DNA of 64,000 nucleotides, taken from the NCBI GenBank assembly GCA_009914755.4, contig CP068257.2, forward strand, positions 27,200,001 to 27,264,000. Direction: 5' to 3'. The position numbers and the translations under genes are program-made. This document shows, one piece after another, positions 34,363-48,299 of the stretch (within the stretch, counting starts at the first letter, position 1; each line of letters begins with the position of its first letter). The stretch is from the human T2T-CHM13v2.0 reference genome, Homo sapiens. The notes beneath the pieces were generated by a model. It ran no database searches. It was not told where the DNA came from and saw only the letters and a list, made by a program, of their open reading frames with translations.

Positions 34363-34735
34363 TTAGTCTGTTCTCGCATTGCTATAAAGAATTACCTGAG
34401 ACTGGGTAAAGAAAAGAAGTTTAATTGGCTCACGGTTCCACAGGCCGTACAGGAAGCATGGCTGGGGAGGCCTCAGGAAGCTTAAAATCAGGGCACAAGG
34501 TGAAGAGGAAGGAGGCACGTCCACATGGTTGGAGCAGGAGGAAGAGAGCGAAGAGGGAGTGCTACACACTTTTAAACAACCAGATCTCGCTAAGAACTCA
34601 CTATCACGACAACAGCAAGGAGCAAGTCTGCCCCCATGATCCAATCACCTCTCACCATGCACCTCCTCCAATACTAGGGGATTAAAATTCAACATGAGAT
34701 TTGAGTGGGGACACAAATCCAAACCATATCAGTGT
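34363..34735 (-). mobile_element. THE1/MST-type MaLR solo LTR
   Basis: revcomp of the THE1 consensus: gtattagtctgttctcgcattgctataaagaattacctgagactgggtaaag...cccatgatccaatcacctctcacc...gagtggggacacaaatccaaaccatatca. Confidence 0.75.
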
Positions 34736-34739
34736 CCAT

Positions 34740-35262
34740 GTCTATTCCTAATTAGCTTTTAACTTTGTACTCAGCGTATTAATTTCTGAGAGCTACTGTA
34801 ACAGTGCCACCAACTGGGTAACTGTTTGTTGTAAAACAAACACATCCTCTCACAGTTTTACAACTGTTTGTTGTAAAACCAATGCATTCTCTCACAGTTC
34901 TTGAGGCTAGGTGTCTGAAATAAAGGTGTGGGCTGGACCATGCTCCCTCTGAAGCCTTGAAGGAAGAATCCTTGCCTGCCTCTTCCAGCCTCTGGCAGTT
35001 GCTAGCAACCCCTGGCATTCCTTTACTCATTAACTCATCACTCCAACCTCTGCCTCTGTCTTCATATGGCCCTATGTCTCTGTTTCTGTGTTCAGATTTT
35101 CCTGTTCTTACAAGGACACAGAGATATTGGATTTAGGGCCCATCCTAATCAAGTACAACCTTGTCTTAACTTGATTACATCTGCAAAGTCCCTAATTCCA
35201 AATAGGAGCATATTCACAGGTTTCAGTTGGACACGAATTTTGTTGGGGGGACACTACTCAAT
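34740..35262 (+). mobile_element. MLT1-type MaLR LTR
   Basis: ...gattacatctgcaaagtccctaattccaaataggagcatattcacaggtttcagttggacacgaattttgttggggggacactactcaatctagtaca (MLT1-like 3' terminus). Confidence 0.6.
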
Positions 35263-35269
35263 CTAGTAC

Positions 35270-35775
35270 AATCAGCTATTAATGTAGCTGATGCAGGATT
35301 TTTTGCTCCTTAGTTCAGTTAAATTTGGGTTATCACATGACCAGAAAAAATTAGGCACGCGTACACACTGAAAGGCGAGGAGGGCAGAATTTATTAGGCA
35401 AAAGGAAAGCTCTCCACAAAAAGAGGGGTCCTTCATGCAGGTTTTACACCTCACAAATTGAATGCCAGGCCACCACACACGAGCTGAAGAGGCACGGCTT
35501 CTCCCCTGCATAAGGAGCAAACTCCTCGTGGCTCCACCCCATGTGTGGGCGCTTAGTCTGAGCCACATTGATTTATTTCCCTTACTGCACATGTGTTGAG
35601 AAATGGAATCTTTCACAGTGGGCATGTTCATTCAGGCAAGCCACGTGTGCACAATGACCTAGGCAAGTCAGAGGCTCTCCAGGAACCCTTCTCTATTTGC
35701 CTAGGCTTGTGCCTGTCACCTTTCTCTTTCATAGCTAGCTGTTTTATAGATTGGTCTAATATATCTTTTACCAGT
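35270..35775. repeat. Unclassified LTR-like insert replacing the terminal ~70 bp of the neighbouring MLT2 LTR
   Basis: No match I can name; sits exactly where the MLT2 terminus (tgtattagtcagggttctc...) should be; the minus ORF 35272-35631 has no recognisable domain. Confidence 0.3.
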
Positions 35776-38700
35776 ACTACAAGAAAGTGGCTTACATGAT
35801 TATGGAGGCTAAGAGGTCCCATGATCTGCCATCTATAAGCTGGAGACCCAGGAAGGCCTGTGGTATAATTCAGTCTGAATCCAAAGGCTTGAGAACCAGG
35901 GAAGCCAGTGATGTAAATCCATCTGAGGACAGAAGATGAGATGTCACAGCTCAAACAATGAGGCAGGAAAAAAAAGGGGGGTGAATTCTTCCTTCCTCTG
36001 CCTTTTATTTTATTTACGCCCTCAACAAACTGGATGATGGCCACCCACCTTGGGGATGGCTATCTCCTTTACTGAGTCCCCCAGTTCAAATGCAAATCTT
36101 GTCTGTAAACACACTCAAGACACTTCAGAATAATGTTTAAACAGATATCTGGCACCCTGTGGCCTATTCAAGTTGACATATAAAATTAACCATCACAAGT
36201 CTACCCTTGTCAACTTGGCACCCATAAACATCTCTTTAAACCATACTTAACTGCCACATAAAGACAACAACAAGGTCATAATTCCATCTAACACGATTAA
36301 CAATCCAGCATTCCACCAGAAACACTCTAACCCGTTTCCCAGAAGAGGTGGTAAAGTCTTCATGTGATGTTTACTCTCTCCTTGATATCCCATAACTTAA
36401 ATACTATGATGTAAAATTAATCAAGGTTGAACACTGGAGCCAGTTAAAAAAATTAACAATATTTAAACACTATGCTATAAAATCAATGCATCTTATGTTA
36501 CAGAATAAGGAAATGAGAAGAAAACAAAGCTACACACACACAAAATGTAGTTATAGCAAAATATGGAGGACATACTTATGACAATCACAGTCTGTGTTTC
36601 TGTAACTGGTCATATGATCAAAGCTAGTATTTATTCCACCATTTATTCTGTATTCCCTTTGCCTTCAGCAAGCACTTCATCTGGTCATGGTACTTACCTG
36701 GTGGTGACCCAAACCTTCATTCCTGAAAGGTCTGGATCATTAGTGGTCCTGTCTGAATTAGGCTGTAGTTTTCCATTGACCTTAATCACAGGGCATGATA
36801 ACACTAAGAGATGCCCTAAGGAATCCTGTGTATTCCCAACATACTTTACCTTACCACCATTCGGGGTAGTCCAGTTTCTACTTGGTAGTCAGGAACAATC
36901 ACCCAGCCAGCACTGTAACTCATTTGTCTATTGAGTTAGAGGCATAAGAAGCCCCAAATGGCTGAGGAGCAGTCTTAAACTTCCAGTTCAATTAAATCAT
37001 GATTGCGTCTCTCAGTGGAAAATATTCCACCCTATGTAAGACCTCTAGGCCAGCAGTGCATAAGTCATGGGAACAGGAAGCAAAAATTTTGCTAGTGGGT
37101 CACCAGGGCTAATAGCGAATGGTGTCCTTCCTATTCTGACCCCTTGATTCCTGGACCTGTGAATCCCAGTCATAAGAGAAATGCACCATATACTGGATGT
37201 TGATTCAGAGCATAGACAGTCTTCTAGAGAACCTTGTCCCAGCCCTACAAGGCACTGCTATATAGCTGGTGTTATTACTGTCTTCAAAATGCCATTCCAC
37301 TGCTCTATGTAGCCAGTTGATTCAAGATAGTAGGGAACATGGTAAGAAAATTCCATGATCATGGGCCCACTGCCACACTTTTGCTGTGAACTGAGTTTCT
37401 TGTAATGCTGTGTGGAATACCATGGTCATAGATGAGACATTCTGTAAGTCCACGGATGGTAGTTTTAGCAGACACCCTGCGCGAAGGGAAAGTGAATCTG
37501 TATCCAGAGTAAGATCTATTTCAGTAAGGATAAAACACTATCCCTTCAATGATAGAGGTGGATCAATGTAATGAACCTGCCACTAGGCAACTGACTGATG
37601 ACCCTGGGGAATGGTGTCATATCAGGGGCTCAGTGTTGGTCTCTGTTGCTGGCAGACTGGGCACTCAGAGATAGCCTTGGCCAGGTCAGCCTTGGTGAGT
37701 AGAAGTCCACGTTGCTGAGCCCATGCATAACCTCTATTCTTATCACCATGGCTACTTTGCTCATGAAACAATTGGGTGATGACAGGTGTGGCTGGAGAAA
37801 GAGGCCTACTAGTATCCACAGAACAGGTTATCTTGTCCACTTTATTAAAATCCTTTTTTGCTAACCCTTTGGTGAGCATTCACATGGGGCACAAATATCT
37901 TCACCCTTTTTGCCCATTCAGTGTCTATCCACATACTTCATCTCCAAATTTCTTTGTCACCAATTTTCCAGTTATATTGAACTCCCTGACCATCCAGCCA
38001 AACCACTGGCCACGGCCTATGAATTGGCATATAATTGAATATCTGGCTATTTTTCCTTCTAAGCAAAGTCAACAGGGGGACTGCTCAAAGTTGTGTCCAC
38101 CAGGAGGATTTCCCTTCACCACTGTCCTTCAAGGTAGCCCAGAGGTGAGATGTAGTGCTGCAGCTATCCACTTTAGGGTGGTACCTGCATATCATACAGA
38201 ACCCTCTGTAAACCAGGCCTAAGTCTTCTCTTTCTCTGTCAGCTGATCACAGGGAAGTCCCCATGAAGCCACCGATGCAGGCTGGAAGAGAGAAGGCAGG
38301 TAGCAGAAGTGGGGACTATGGAAATTTGGCCTACTTCTTCATGTAACTTCCTTGTGCCTTCAGGGCCTCTCAGGCCCAATCATGTGTATACCACTTCCAT
38401 CTGATGACAGAGTGTTGCTGTGCATATCCAACTTTGTGCGTTGGTGGCTCAGATAACATCCAGTTCATGATGGGAAGCTCAGGTTGCACGGTAACTTGGT
38501 GACTCATTAAGTATCAGTCTCTACTAAGGCCCAGTAGCAGGCCAAGAGCTGTTTCTCAAAAAGAGACTAGTTATTTGTTGGTAATGGCACGGCTTTGCTC
38601 TAAAATCCTAAACCAAGATTCACCTATAGGGACCTGCCAGAAGCTTCAAACAGCATCCCTATCTGCCACTGCCACTGAAACACCACTGGATCATATGACC

Positions 38701-39275
38701 CAAGTGGCAGAGCAGCTTGCACAGCAGCCTGGACCTGTTGCAGACTCTTTTCTTGTTCTGGGCCCTACTCAAAACTAGCAGCTTTTTGAGTCAATTGGTA
38801 AACAGGCTGGTGTAACATAATGAAATTGGAAAATGTTGCCTCCAAAACCCAAAGAGGCCCACTAAGTATTGTGCCTCTTTCTTGGTTTTAAGAGCAGCAA
38901 GATGCAAGTACTTATCCTTCACCGTAGAAGAAATATCCTAACATGCCCCATGTCACTGGGTCCCTACCAATTTCACTAAGGTAGAAGGCCCTTGAATTGT
39001 AGTCATATTTATTTCCTACCCTCTGATGCAAATGTCTTTCCACTAAGTCTAATGTAGTTCCTACTTCTTGCTCACTAGGTCAAATCAGCATAATGTCATC
39101 GATATAACCAATCAGTGTAATATTTTGTGGAAGGGAAAGGTAATCAAGATCCCCATGAACTGAATTATGACATAGAGTTGGAGAGCTGATACACACCGGA
39201 GATACGACAATGAAGGTGTGTTGCTGGCCCTGCCATCTGAAAGCAAACTGCCTTTATGGACTGGTATGAAAAAAA
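35776..39275 (-). mobile_element. HERV-L (ERVL) provirus remnant #3: partial MLT2-type 3' LTR (35776-36206), 3' internal tail (36206-36560), dUTPase (~36560-36950), integrase (~36950-37900), RNaseH/RT (~37900-39275); 5' half (RT N-terminus, pro, gag, 5' LTR) absent
   Basis: LTR: ...ttaaccatcaca at 36195-36206 plus tatggaggctaagaggtcccatgatctgccatctataagctggagacccagg; reverse-frame similarity between 36563-36934 and 25330-25554; the 38215-39250 sequence is homologous to 14030-15180 (pol) of provirus #1. Confidence 0.75.
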
Positions 39276-39558
39276 AGACATTTGCCAGATCAATTCCATT
39301 GCCTTACCACATAATGCTGAAATAAATATTTCATACATAATTTTTATATTTAAAATGCAAACTATAAATATAATACACATATTTACTTGTACTTGTGCAA
39401 ATAATTCTATAGGCCTGACTGAAAGGGAATGTTCCACCTTTCTACCTTTTTTTAATGACAAATTTCTGATAAAATTCCTTGTTACCTAATGAATGACTTC
39501 AGTTTCAAAATATGCTAAATGCATTCAGTTTCCAGTAGTTCTGGGCACACACTGTATG

Positions 39559-39665
39559 CTAAGACTTGGTGAACTTGAGGACTGAAAGAGTTTCTTGGCC
39601 TGCTTGTCTGGAAAGTGCAGTGGTTCCTTGCAGACCTTTTGTCTTCATTATTTTCAAAATTTCTT
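39559..39665 (-). CDS. N6AMT1: N6AMT1 coding exon 6 (last; ends with stop TAG at 39559-39561); 3'UTR continues to lower coordinates
   Basis: acceptor ttttattttag|AAGAAATTTTG; encodes (E)EILKIMKTKGLQGTTALSRQAGQETLSVLKFTKS*. Confidence 0.9.
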
Positions 39666-40154
39666 CTAAAATAAAAATCAAAAGGTAAAATCCATTAAGC
39701 CATTTGGTAGTGTGCATGATCAATAAGCAATTTAATAAGTTAAACACAGATGATTTATAAATTGTATTCATCTGACAAAACAATGTATATCAAATAAATG
39801 TCTACTAAAGTGAACTTGGTCTTCAGCTAAATGGGAGCACTTGGTATTTTCAAAGTGTTGCTGGTGAGTCTAATCAGAATAAATGGCTTGCTTTGCAGTC
39901 ACAGCCTACTTTTGACTCAGCAGAAACATTAATTGTCATTGTTATTATAGCAAGTGATCAGTTTTTTAGTTGATTGGCTCCAATCTCTGCCCTATGTCTT
40001 TCTCTTTGGATGACAAAAGCCAATGAAGGTGTGGACAAACTGAATAGTGACATTGCACAGTGAGAGTGAAAGAAGTAGCTTATTTCTTTCAGGCATATTG
40101 AAAAAAGAAAACCTTCCTTATAAATAAATAAAACTAAGAAGACTGAACTAAGAC

Positions 40155-40868
40155 AATGGAGGGAGGGAGGGAGGGAGGGAGGAAGGAAGGAAGGAAGGAA
40201 GGAAGGAAGGAAGGAAGGAGGGAGGGAGGGAGGGAGGGAAGGAGGAAGGGAGGGAAGGGAAGGGAAGGGAGGGAAAGGAAAGGACGCATGGATGGACAGA
40301 AGGAAGAAAAAAAGAGAAGAGAAGAGAGAGAGAAAGAAAGAGAAAGAAAGAAAGAAAGGGAGGGAGGGAGGAAGGAAGGGAGGGAAGGGAGAGAAAGGAA
40401 GGGAAGGAAGGAAAGGAAGGGAAGGGAAGGGAAGAGAAGGGAAGGAAGGAAGGAAGGAAGGAAGGAAGGAAGGAAGGAAGGAAGGAAGGAAGGAAGGAAG
40501 GAAGAGAGAGAGAAAGAGAGAAAGAAAGAAAAAGAAAGAAGGAAGGAAGGAAAGAAAAAAAAGAAAGAAGAGAAGGGAAGGGAAGAAAGAAGGAAGGAAG
40601 GGAAGAAAAAAAGAAAAGAAGAAAGGAAGGAAAGAAAGAGAGAGAGAAGGAAGGACAGATGGACAGAAGGAAGGAAAAAAAGAAGAGAAGAGAAAGAGAA
40701 AGAAAAAGAGACAAAGATGGACAGAAGGAAAAAAGAAAAGAGAAGAGAAGAGAGAGAGATAAAGAAAAAGAAAAGGAAAGGAAAGAAGAAAGGAAGAAAG
40801 ATGGAGAGAAGGAAGGAAAAAAAGAGAAAAGAGAGAAATAGGAAGGAAGGAAGGGAGAAAGACAAGAG
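40155..40868. repeat. ~710-bp (GGAA)n/(GGGA)n/(GAAA)n polypurine microsatellite in N6AMT1 intron 5
   Basis: ggagggagggagggaggaaggaaggaaggaagg...; source of the artefactual 243-249-aa ORFs on both strands. Confidence 0.95.
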
Positions 40869-41399
40869 AAAACTAGCAATCATGTGATTTGAAGGGCTGA
40901 GGACTTTTAGTATAAGCTGAAAATCAAACTTGAAGTGTACAGAAAAAGAGAGGAAAGATTATGGTCAATTTAGTTATAAAGCAATCTGAAAACAAAGATA
41001 TAAAAATCTATACAATTAAATAGCTTTCATGATAAAACTCCTAACGAACTAAAGAGTACAGCACAATTGTCAAGGGCATGAAGACTAGAGGGTAGAGAGA
41101 AAATTCATAATACTGAGAGTGAGGTGTTAGAAAAAAACATTAGAGATTTTTATACTTGAATATTAGGTTATAAACGGGGAAAAGAGAAGATAATACTTTT
41201 TAAAATCAGAAAAATTTACCTCTGAAAACCTCTTTTCTCTTTCAACATAAATTTATGCCTGTATTAGCTACTGTCAGTGATTAACTGTTTTAAGTGATTC
41301 ATTAACATGCCAGGTTATCTTATAAATTAAAGCATTTTACATTATTAACTTTTGATTTCAGCAACATAAATGCTTAAACAATAAATTGGTCTGTATTAC

Positions 41400-41541
41400 C
41401 TGGGTTGTTTTCTTTAATGGTAACTAAATAGAATAATCCTCTTGGTGAAAGGAGATCTGGAACCAGGGGAAAAAACCTGTCCATGACTTCCCGACCATTT
41501 CTGCCACCAGCCCAAGCTGCCTCTATTCCGTGACTTCCTAC
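41400..41541 (-). CDS. N6AMT1: N6AMT1 coding exon 5
   Basis: acceptor tgttcacag|GTAGGAAGTCAC; donor CCAG|gtaatac; encodes VGSHGIEAAWAGGRNGREVMDRFFPLVPDLLSPRGLFYLVTIKENNP(E). Confidence 0.9.
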
Positions 41542-42264
41542 CTGTGAACAATTAGAAAGAATGTTTTCTTTTAACTCAAGTTTGATTTAGATCACAAACT
41601 GAATCTTTTTGACAAGTAATATCACCAAAAAAGTATATATTTTGCATTTTACTGCTGACGAAGGAGCAGTCAAGTTGAATCTAAGTTTCATCATTTTCTA
41701 GTGTGTAACCTTGGATAAATTAGTAATCCTGTTTGTGAATTACTTTCCTCTTTTATCTGTAAAATTAGAAAAAGAATAGTTCCATATGTACAATTAGAAA
41801 AATAATAAGTGGATAAAAAATGTTTTTATTAATAAAAAAATATTTTTATCCACTGTTAGGAATAAATAAGGAAGTATATTTAAAGTTTTGAGAACATTGC
41901 CCTGCATATATCAAGGGCTTAATAAGTTATTACTATTAATACAATGCTTAACATTGAGAGACATGGGTAGCTTTTGTACTTAACACAGAAAGAAGCTACA
42001 AGGAACAGCTTGTTTTATAAGAGACCTACTGTACAGAAACAAAGTTTCAAAATGTCCCAATGCATCTGGCCCTCTTGTAGTTTAAAGTGTGAAACACATA
42101 GATCTTTTCTAAGGAATGCATTTATTTATTATATTTATATATTATTAAATATATATATTTATTATATATTATATAAAGGCACACTGAAGCATGTTTCCTC
42201 TAACAATCTAATTATATTTTAGAAATAATATCCATGAGTTTATATAATATTAAAAAATCTTTAG

Positions 42265-42745
<481 letters not shown>

Positions 42746-43075
42746 AGTTAAAACCTTTTGTTTTGCAAATTTTTTATTCATGATAAAGGATACATGTAAT
42801 ATATATGTACATTTATATTTGAATATATGAATATAAATACCATGGCCTGATATGAATGTGATTTTTAGGGATAGATATGTGTCACAGTTTGTATTTCCAT
42901 CATTTAAGGTTCCTTTCCTAGGTCTTTTAATAGGACTCAATTACTGACAATTAGGAGTAAAATCAGAGTAGACTGTGATAGCAGCAGCTGACTGATGTCA
43001 TAGGATGACATTCATTTGATTTTACAAACAAAATAATTGAAAATATTAATAATTAAATTTTGTTGTATGTTTTAC

Positions 43076-43159
43076 CTCTTGAGGTGGAGTCACTACATAG
43101 GGGGGATTAAACACCAGAAGATCAACTTTTTCGGTCAATCTTGGTAGCAAGCCTTTGAC
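43076..43159 (-). CDS. N6AMT1: N6AMT1 coding exon 4 (contains the NPPY catalytic motif)
   Basis: acceptor catttag|GTCAAAGGC; donor CAAGAG|gtaaaac; encodes VKGLLPRLTEKVDLLVFNPPYVVTPPQE. Confidence 0.9.
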
Positions 43160-43656
43160 CTAAATGTATTCAACAACAGTAAGAATTTTACATTAAACTC
43201 TGAATTAAATAACTGACAAATTAATCTTTAAAAATAATCTCCCATGTTTTTGGGAAAATAATGTGTTACGGGCTACGCTTGTAGACAGAAATGAAGTATT
43301 TTTATGTTTTCATTCAGAAAAATAATACATGCAATTAAATAAAAATAAGGAAATTAAACTATCAGAATGAATATTAAAAAGCCTATACTCCTCAACAGCA
43401 CATATATTTATATTCTGGGTTCACTTTTAGAAAATGAAATAAGAAGGCAAACTCTAATTCTGTATAATCTGTATAGACTTGGATATAAGTTTACAACTAT
43501 ATATGCTAACATTTTCACAATTTTTCCGATATCTGTACAGATACCTACCATTATTTACTGGATACTGTTCTATAGTCTCTTCTATCTCTGGTGTTTCACC
43601 ATTCTATCAAAAACACTTACTTATACTAATTATGGAAACATTAAAGAAATTTTTAG

Positions 43657-43992
<336 letters not shown>

Positions 43993-44121
43993 TCACCACG
44001 TTGATCTCATGTAAATCACTGGAGTACCTTTCTTGATATTCTAGCTTTTATTAGCAGTAACAACTTCTAATAATATGAAAATAATTTCTTATCTCTTTGG
44101 CTTAATTCCTTCTAAGCTACA

Positions 44122-44154
<33 letters not shown>

Positions 44155-44650
44155 GAAACCGGAAAGCTACCTACCCTCGTCATTGTAAGAAAAGTGCAAG
44201 TTAAGGAGCACAGAAGTATTTTGCCTTTCATATGTCTACCTGGTGCATGCTATTATTATTTTTGCCTATAAAAAGGTATTTGACATATATAAATTAAAAA
44301 CCTACAAATTTAAAACTGCCACTTGAAAATGTGTGCTGTTAACTTCTTAAAACAATGGTTGTGCAGTTGTCATTTGTTGTTTTTACCTACTGAGGACCCA
44401 CTGCCCCTTTCTTCTGATTTAATTTCCTTGACTTTTGTTAGGGAAGCTCTACCTCCCATCATTCTCAATCTAAGTGGCCTGAGTAGGGTTTATCCCAATC
44501 CAGCTCCTGGGATGGAACTATGAGGCAGTTTGAAGCCAATCATCTCCACATTCAAATCTCCTTTGGCCACAGCAAAAGGTTGAGAGATAGGCACATAACC
44601 CAAGTTGATCCAGATAACACTCATTCTGGGGCCTCTTCTAGAGTAACTGA

Positions 44651-45130
<480 letters not shown>

Positions 45131-45363
45131 TGCACCCGGACTAATTTTTTAAATTTAAGCCAGTTTGAACTGGGTTCACTATCACTTCTGACTGAAAGAG
45201 GCCTGAATTGTGGAAAAGGTGGATTACATCAACAAAGAATTTACTTTGTACATGGTATACTGCTTAGTGGGTCAAAAGTTAATTACTTACCAAAGTTTCT
45301 TTGACCTAAAGCATCTTAACTTTATTTGAAAAGAAAATTATTACTGGACAAAGATTATCTTAC

Positions 45364-45454
45364 CAAATCTGTAATAACTGGTTGAATGTGAACTTTGTTA
45401 CAGCGTGCTGTCTCTAGGGTACAAGCTGCTGCCTCAGGGTTGATATCAGTGCAC
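45364..45454 (-). CDS. N6AMT1: N6AMT1 coding exon 3
   Basis: acceptor tttctgtttatag|GTGCACTGAT; donor GATTTG|gtaag; encodes (M)CTDINPEAAACTLETARCNKVHIQPVITDL. Confidence 0.9.
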
Positions 45455-46189
45455 CTATAAACAGAAATGGAAGGAAACTATATCCTATGTCCATAAGGCA
45501 AATCTGTTACTGAGTAATATCAAGGTATGTTCCATTAATTCTACACAGAACAGATTTAGAAAAAAAAAAATTAGAATGTATTCAATAATGGCAAAGAAAA
45601 AGAGAACAAGGATTTGTTCTATTGATGAAAAAGACTGTTATATTGATACAATGTCCAAGAGTAGAAGAATACACATACATGCACAGACATCTGAAGGAAT
45701 TTATGAATTATACATCCAATGAAGGAGTACTATGCAGCCACCAAAAATGAAATTTAAAAGGAATTTTTGATAGGAAAATGTTTATGAGACGAAATTAAAT
45801 TAAAAACACAGGAAATGAAAAAAAAACAGAAGGAAACACAGTTGGACCATGTATGGTAAAATTTATAGGTGATTTTAATTTTCTTCTTTATACTTTTCTA
45901 CATTCCCAATCTTCTATAAATTTAAGCAACTTTAAATGTCTTATGATATCAAATTATTTAGCTAAGAAATCAAATTTAGAGATGATCTAAAATTATGCTG
46001 CTTCTACAATTACGTAGTATGATGGAGCAGTTTGAACATGAATAATTTTTAGGGAAGCATAGTTTGTAATCTGAGTTTTTGCTATGCTTAAATACTATAA
46101 GATACATACTGTCTCTTTAAAAATTATTTCATTAGAGTTATCATAGTTAACCTGTCAGTGGAAGATCTAGATGAATATGATATACTTAC

Positions 46190-46276
46190 ATGTACAAAGC
46201 CTGAGGGCCTATCATAGAGGCTAGGAATGCAGATACTACACCAGACCCTGACCCTACTTCCAGGCATATTTCCACT
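46190..46276 (-). CDS. N6AMT1: N6AMT1 coding exon 2 (methyltransferase motif I, LEVGSGSG)
   Basis: acceptor ttttttttcag|AGTGGAAATATGC; donor TACAT|gtaagtat; encodes (G)VEICLEVGSGSGVVSAFLASMIGPQALY(M). Confidence 0.9.
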
Positions 46277-46941
46277 CTGAAAAAAAAATAAATAAATATT
46301 AGTATAGTAGAATCAAAATACTCTTCACAGAAAACTCTCATGCTAGTGTTATTTCTAGCATATATATTTCTCTAGCATCATCACTCACCTGCAAATATAT
46401 GAAAATAGAAATTTATAATTTCTGACAACTACTTTGTACTTAATATTGCATAACTCAAAATTACTAATATTTTGGGTACGTAATATAAGTCCATAAAAGT
46501 TATCTATTACCAAACATGGCTTTCAGTTAATTTCAACAAACCATTACATTAAAAAGTATGGAAAAATGTTAATCTAGGGTTGGAAATATTAATGTGAAAG
46601 ACATCATTCCTTCGCACAAGGAGCTCCTAGCTTAGTATTTCCTAAAATAAAGTTTGTATTATTACAAAATTTATTTTTGAAAAAAGTTCCTCTATCATTT
46701 TTAATACCTAACATTCATAGAGCCATCAGTATATCCTAGAGAATTAAAATAATAATTCTTTGTCCTGCCCCAATAATAGAGCAGGACAAAAATTCTTTTT
46801 CTGGACAGCTATATGCTAATTGGGAAAATAGTATCTGATCTTTGAATGTTAACCATCTTAGAATGCTGTTAACTATAAAATCTTCATTCTACTGTACTTT
46901 ATCTTTCCATTAAATTTATTTTCTTGCCTATAATCTTGGAA

Positions 46942-47105
46942 GTTGCTTCTTTTTTAGAGACAGGCTCTTGCTCTGTCACCTAGGCTAGAGTGCAGTGGTG
47001 CCATCACAGCTCACTGCAGCCTTTAACTCCTGGGCTTGCTCAAGTGATCCTCCCACCTCAGCCTCCCAAGTAGTTAGGACTATAGGCACGAACCACAGTG
47101 CCAGC
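46942..47105 (-). mobile_element. Partial Alu (right arm) in N6AMT1 intron 1
   Basis: agagacaggctcttgctctgtcacctaggctagagtgcagtggtgccatcacagctcactgcagcc... Confidence 0.8.
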
Positions 47106-48299
47106 CCTCTATAATGTTATACATGCATCAAAAGCATAAATCATCCCCATTAAAAAGATCAGCTTGATGGCATTTAGGGGAATTTTTAGCACTGAACTCC
47201 CAAAACAACTACCCAGTGACAAGCTCCAGAGGTTTTAAACTTTTGGAACCAGTCTACACATCTGACAAGTCTTTATTAGGTGGTAGTAAGGTCTGAGAAT
47301 CTCACCAGGTGGCTTCTCTTTGAAAATAACTATCATGGTCTCATAAATAATTAGAATTCCAAACTAGAAATAACCCAAGACTTTATAACAAAATCAGCTC
47401 CTTTTACAGCATACTTTGCAGTGCAATTTGTGCTTGTAAATCTTTCTGGGCTATCTTGAGAAGAAAAGACAAGTTATAAAACAGTACTGTTCCACTGTAT
47501 ATTCCAGTAGATCCAAAAGTTCCATCATCTACAATGAAAGACTAGTTTAATAAGAGCTGGGACATTTTATACTGGAGAAATATGACCAAGTTTAAGAGGG
47601 ATAAATAAATACAATATAGATCTTTGAAACCTGAAAGCTGTTTGTTCCATCCTGAGAAAACCCAGTTCATCTTATCTTCAAACAAATCTAACAACCCAAA
47701 TTCCTTACATTTAAAAATCACAATGTCAGTATTCATTCCTTCTGCTATTAATTTAAAATTGATGGCGATCACTTCAATAAATCCATTTAAATAAAGTGCT
47801 AGGGTAGACTATTGTCTGCTAGCTGCATGTAACTTTTTTTTGGTAACAATTAAATGAAAAATTCAGTTCCTCAATAGCACTAGCCACATTTCAAGCGCTC
47901 TGTAGCCACATGTGAGGACTGGCTGGTGCTAGAGTATGCTATTCAGTGGGTTTAAAAATATTTCCCCACTCCAGTAACACAACTTTCTTTCATGTTTGTT
48001 AAGGGTGCTTTCTATGTGCTGAGTAAATCAAATAATACCATGCAATTTTAATATGTAATACTTTAAAAATATTAATAAGCAATGTTTCCGGAATATTTTG
48101 TTTCCAAACGTGTTATACTATCGCTTCTCTCAGGGACATGTGTTCTTCAGATTAACAGGCGACAGGAAAAGATACGCCTTTGCATGGTAAGCAGTCAGGG
48201 AGCTCATGAGACAGAGCAGCCCCCTGGCAAAGGAGATGCGTCCCCGGCACACTCATTACTTGTAGCTACAGGAAAATTCTCAATTACGGCGTCCTGGCT

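Noticed and set aside
40134-40887. Three overlapping 156-249-aa ORFs on both strands (S/F/L-rich on minus, G/R/E/K-rich on plus)
   Set aside because: They lie entirely within the (GGAA)n polypurine microsatellite. Any reading frame through such a repeat is open; there is no codon structure or conservation.
47461-47540. Minus-strand frame reading IVDDGTFGSTGIYSGTVLFYNLSF, superficially like a GxGxG methyltransferase motif
   Set aside because: It lacks splice sites and has no continuity with N6AMT1. The genuine motif-I exon (VEICLEVGSGSGVVSAFLAS) is at 46190-46276.
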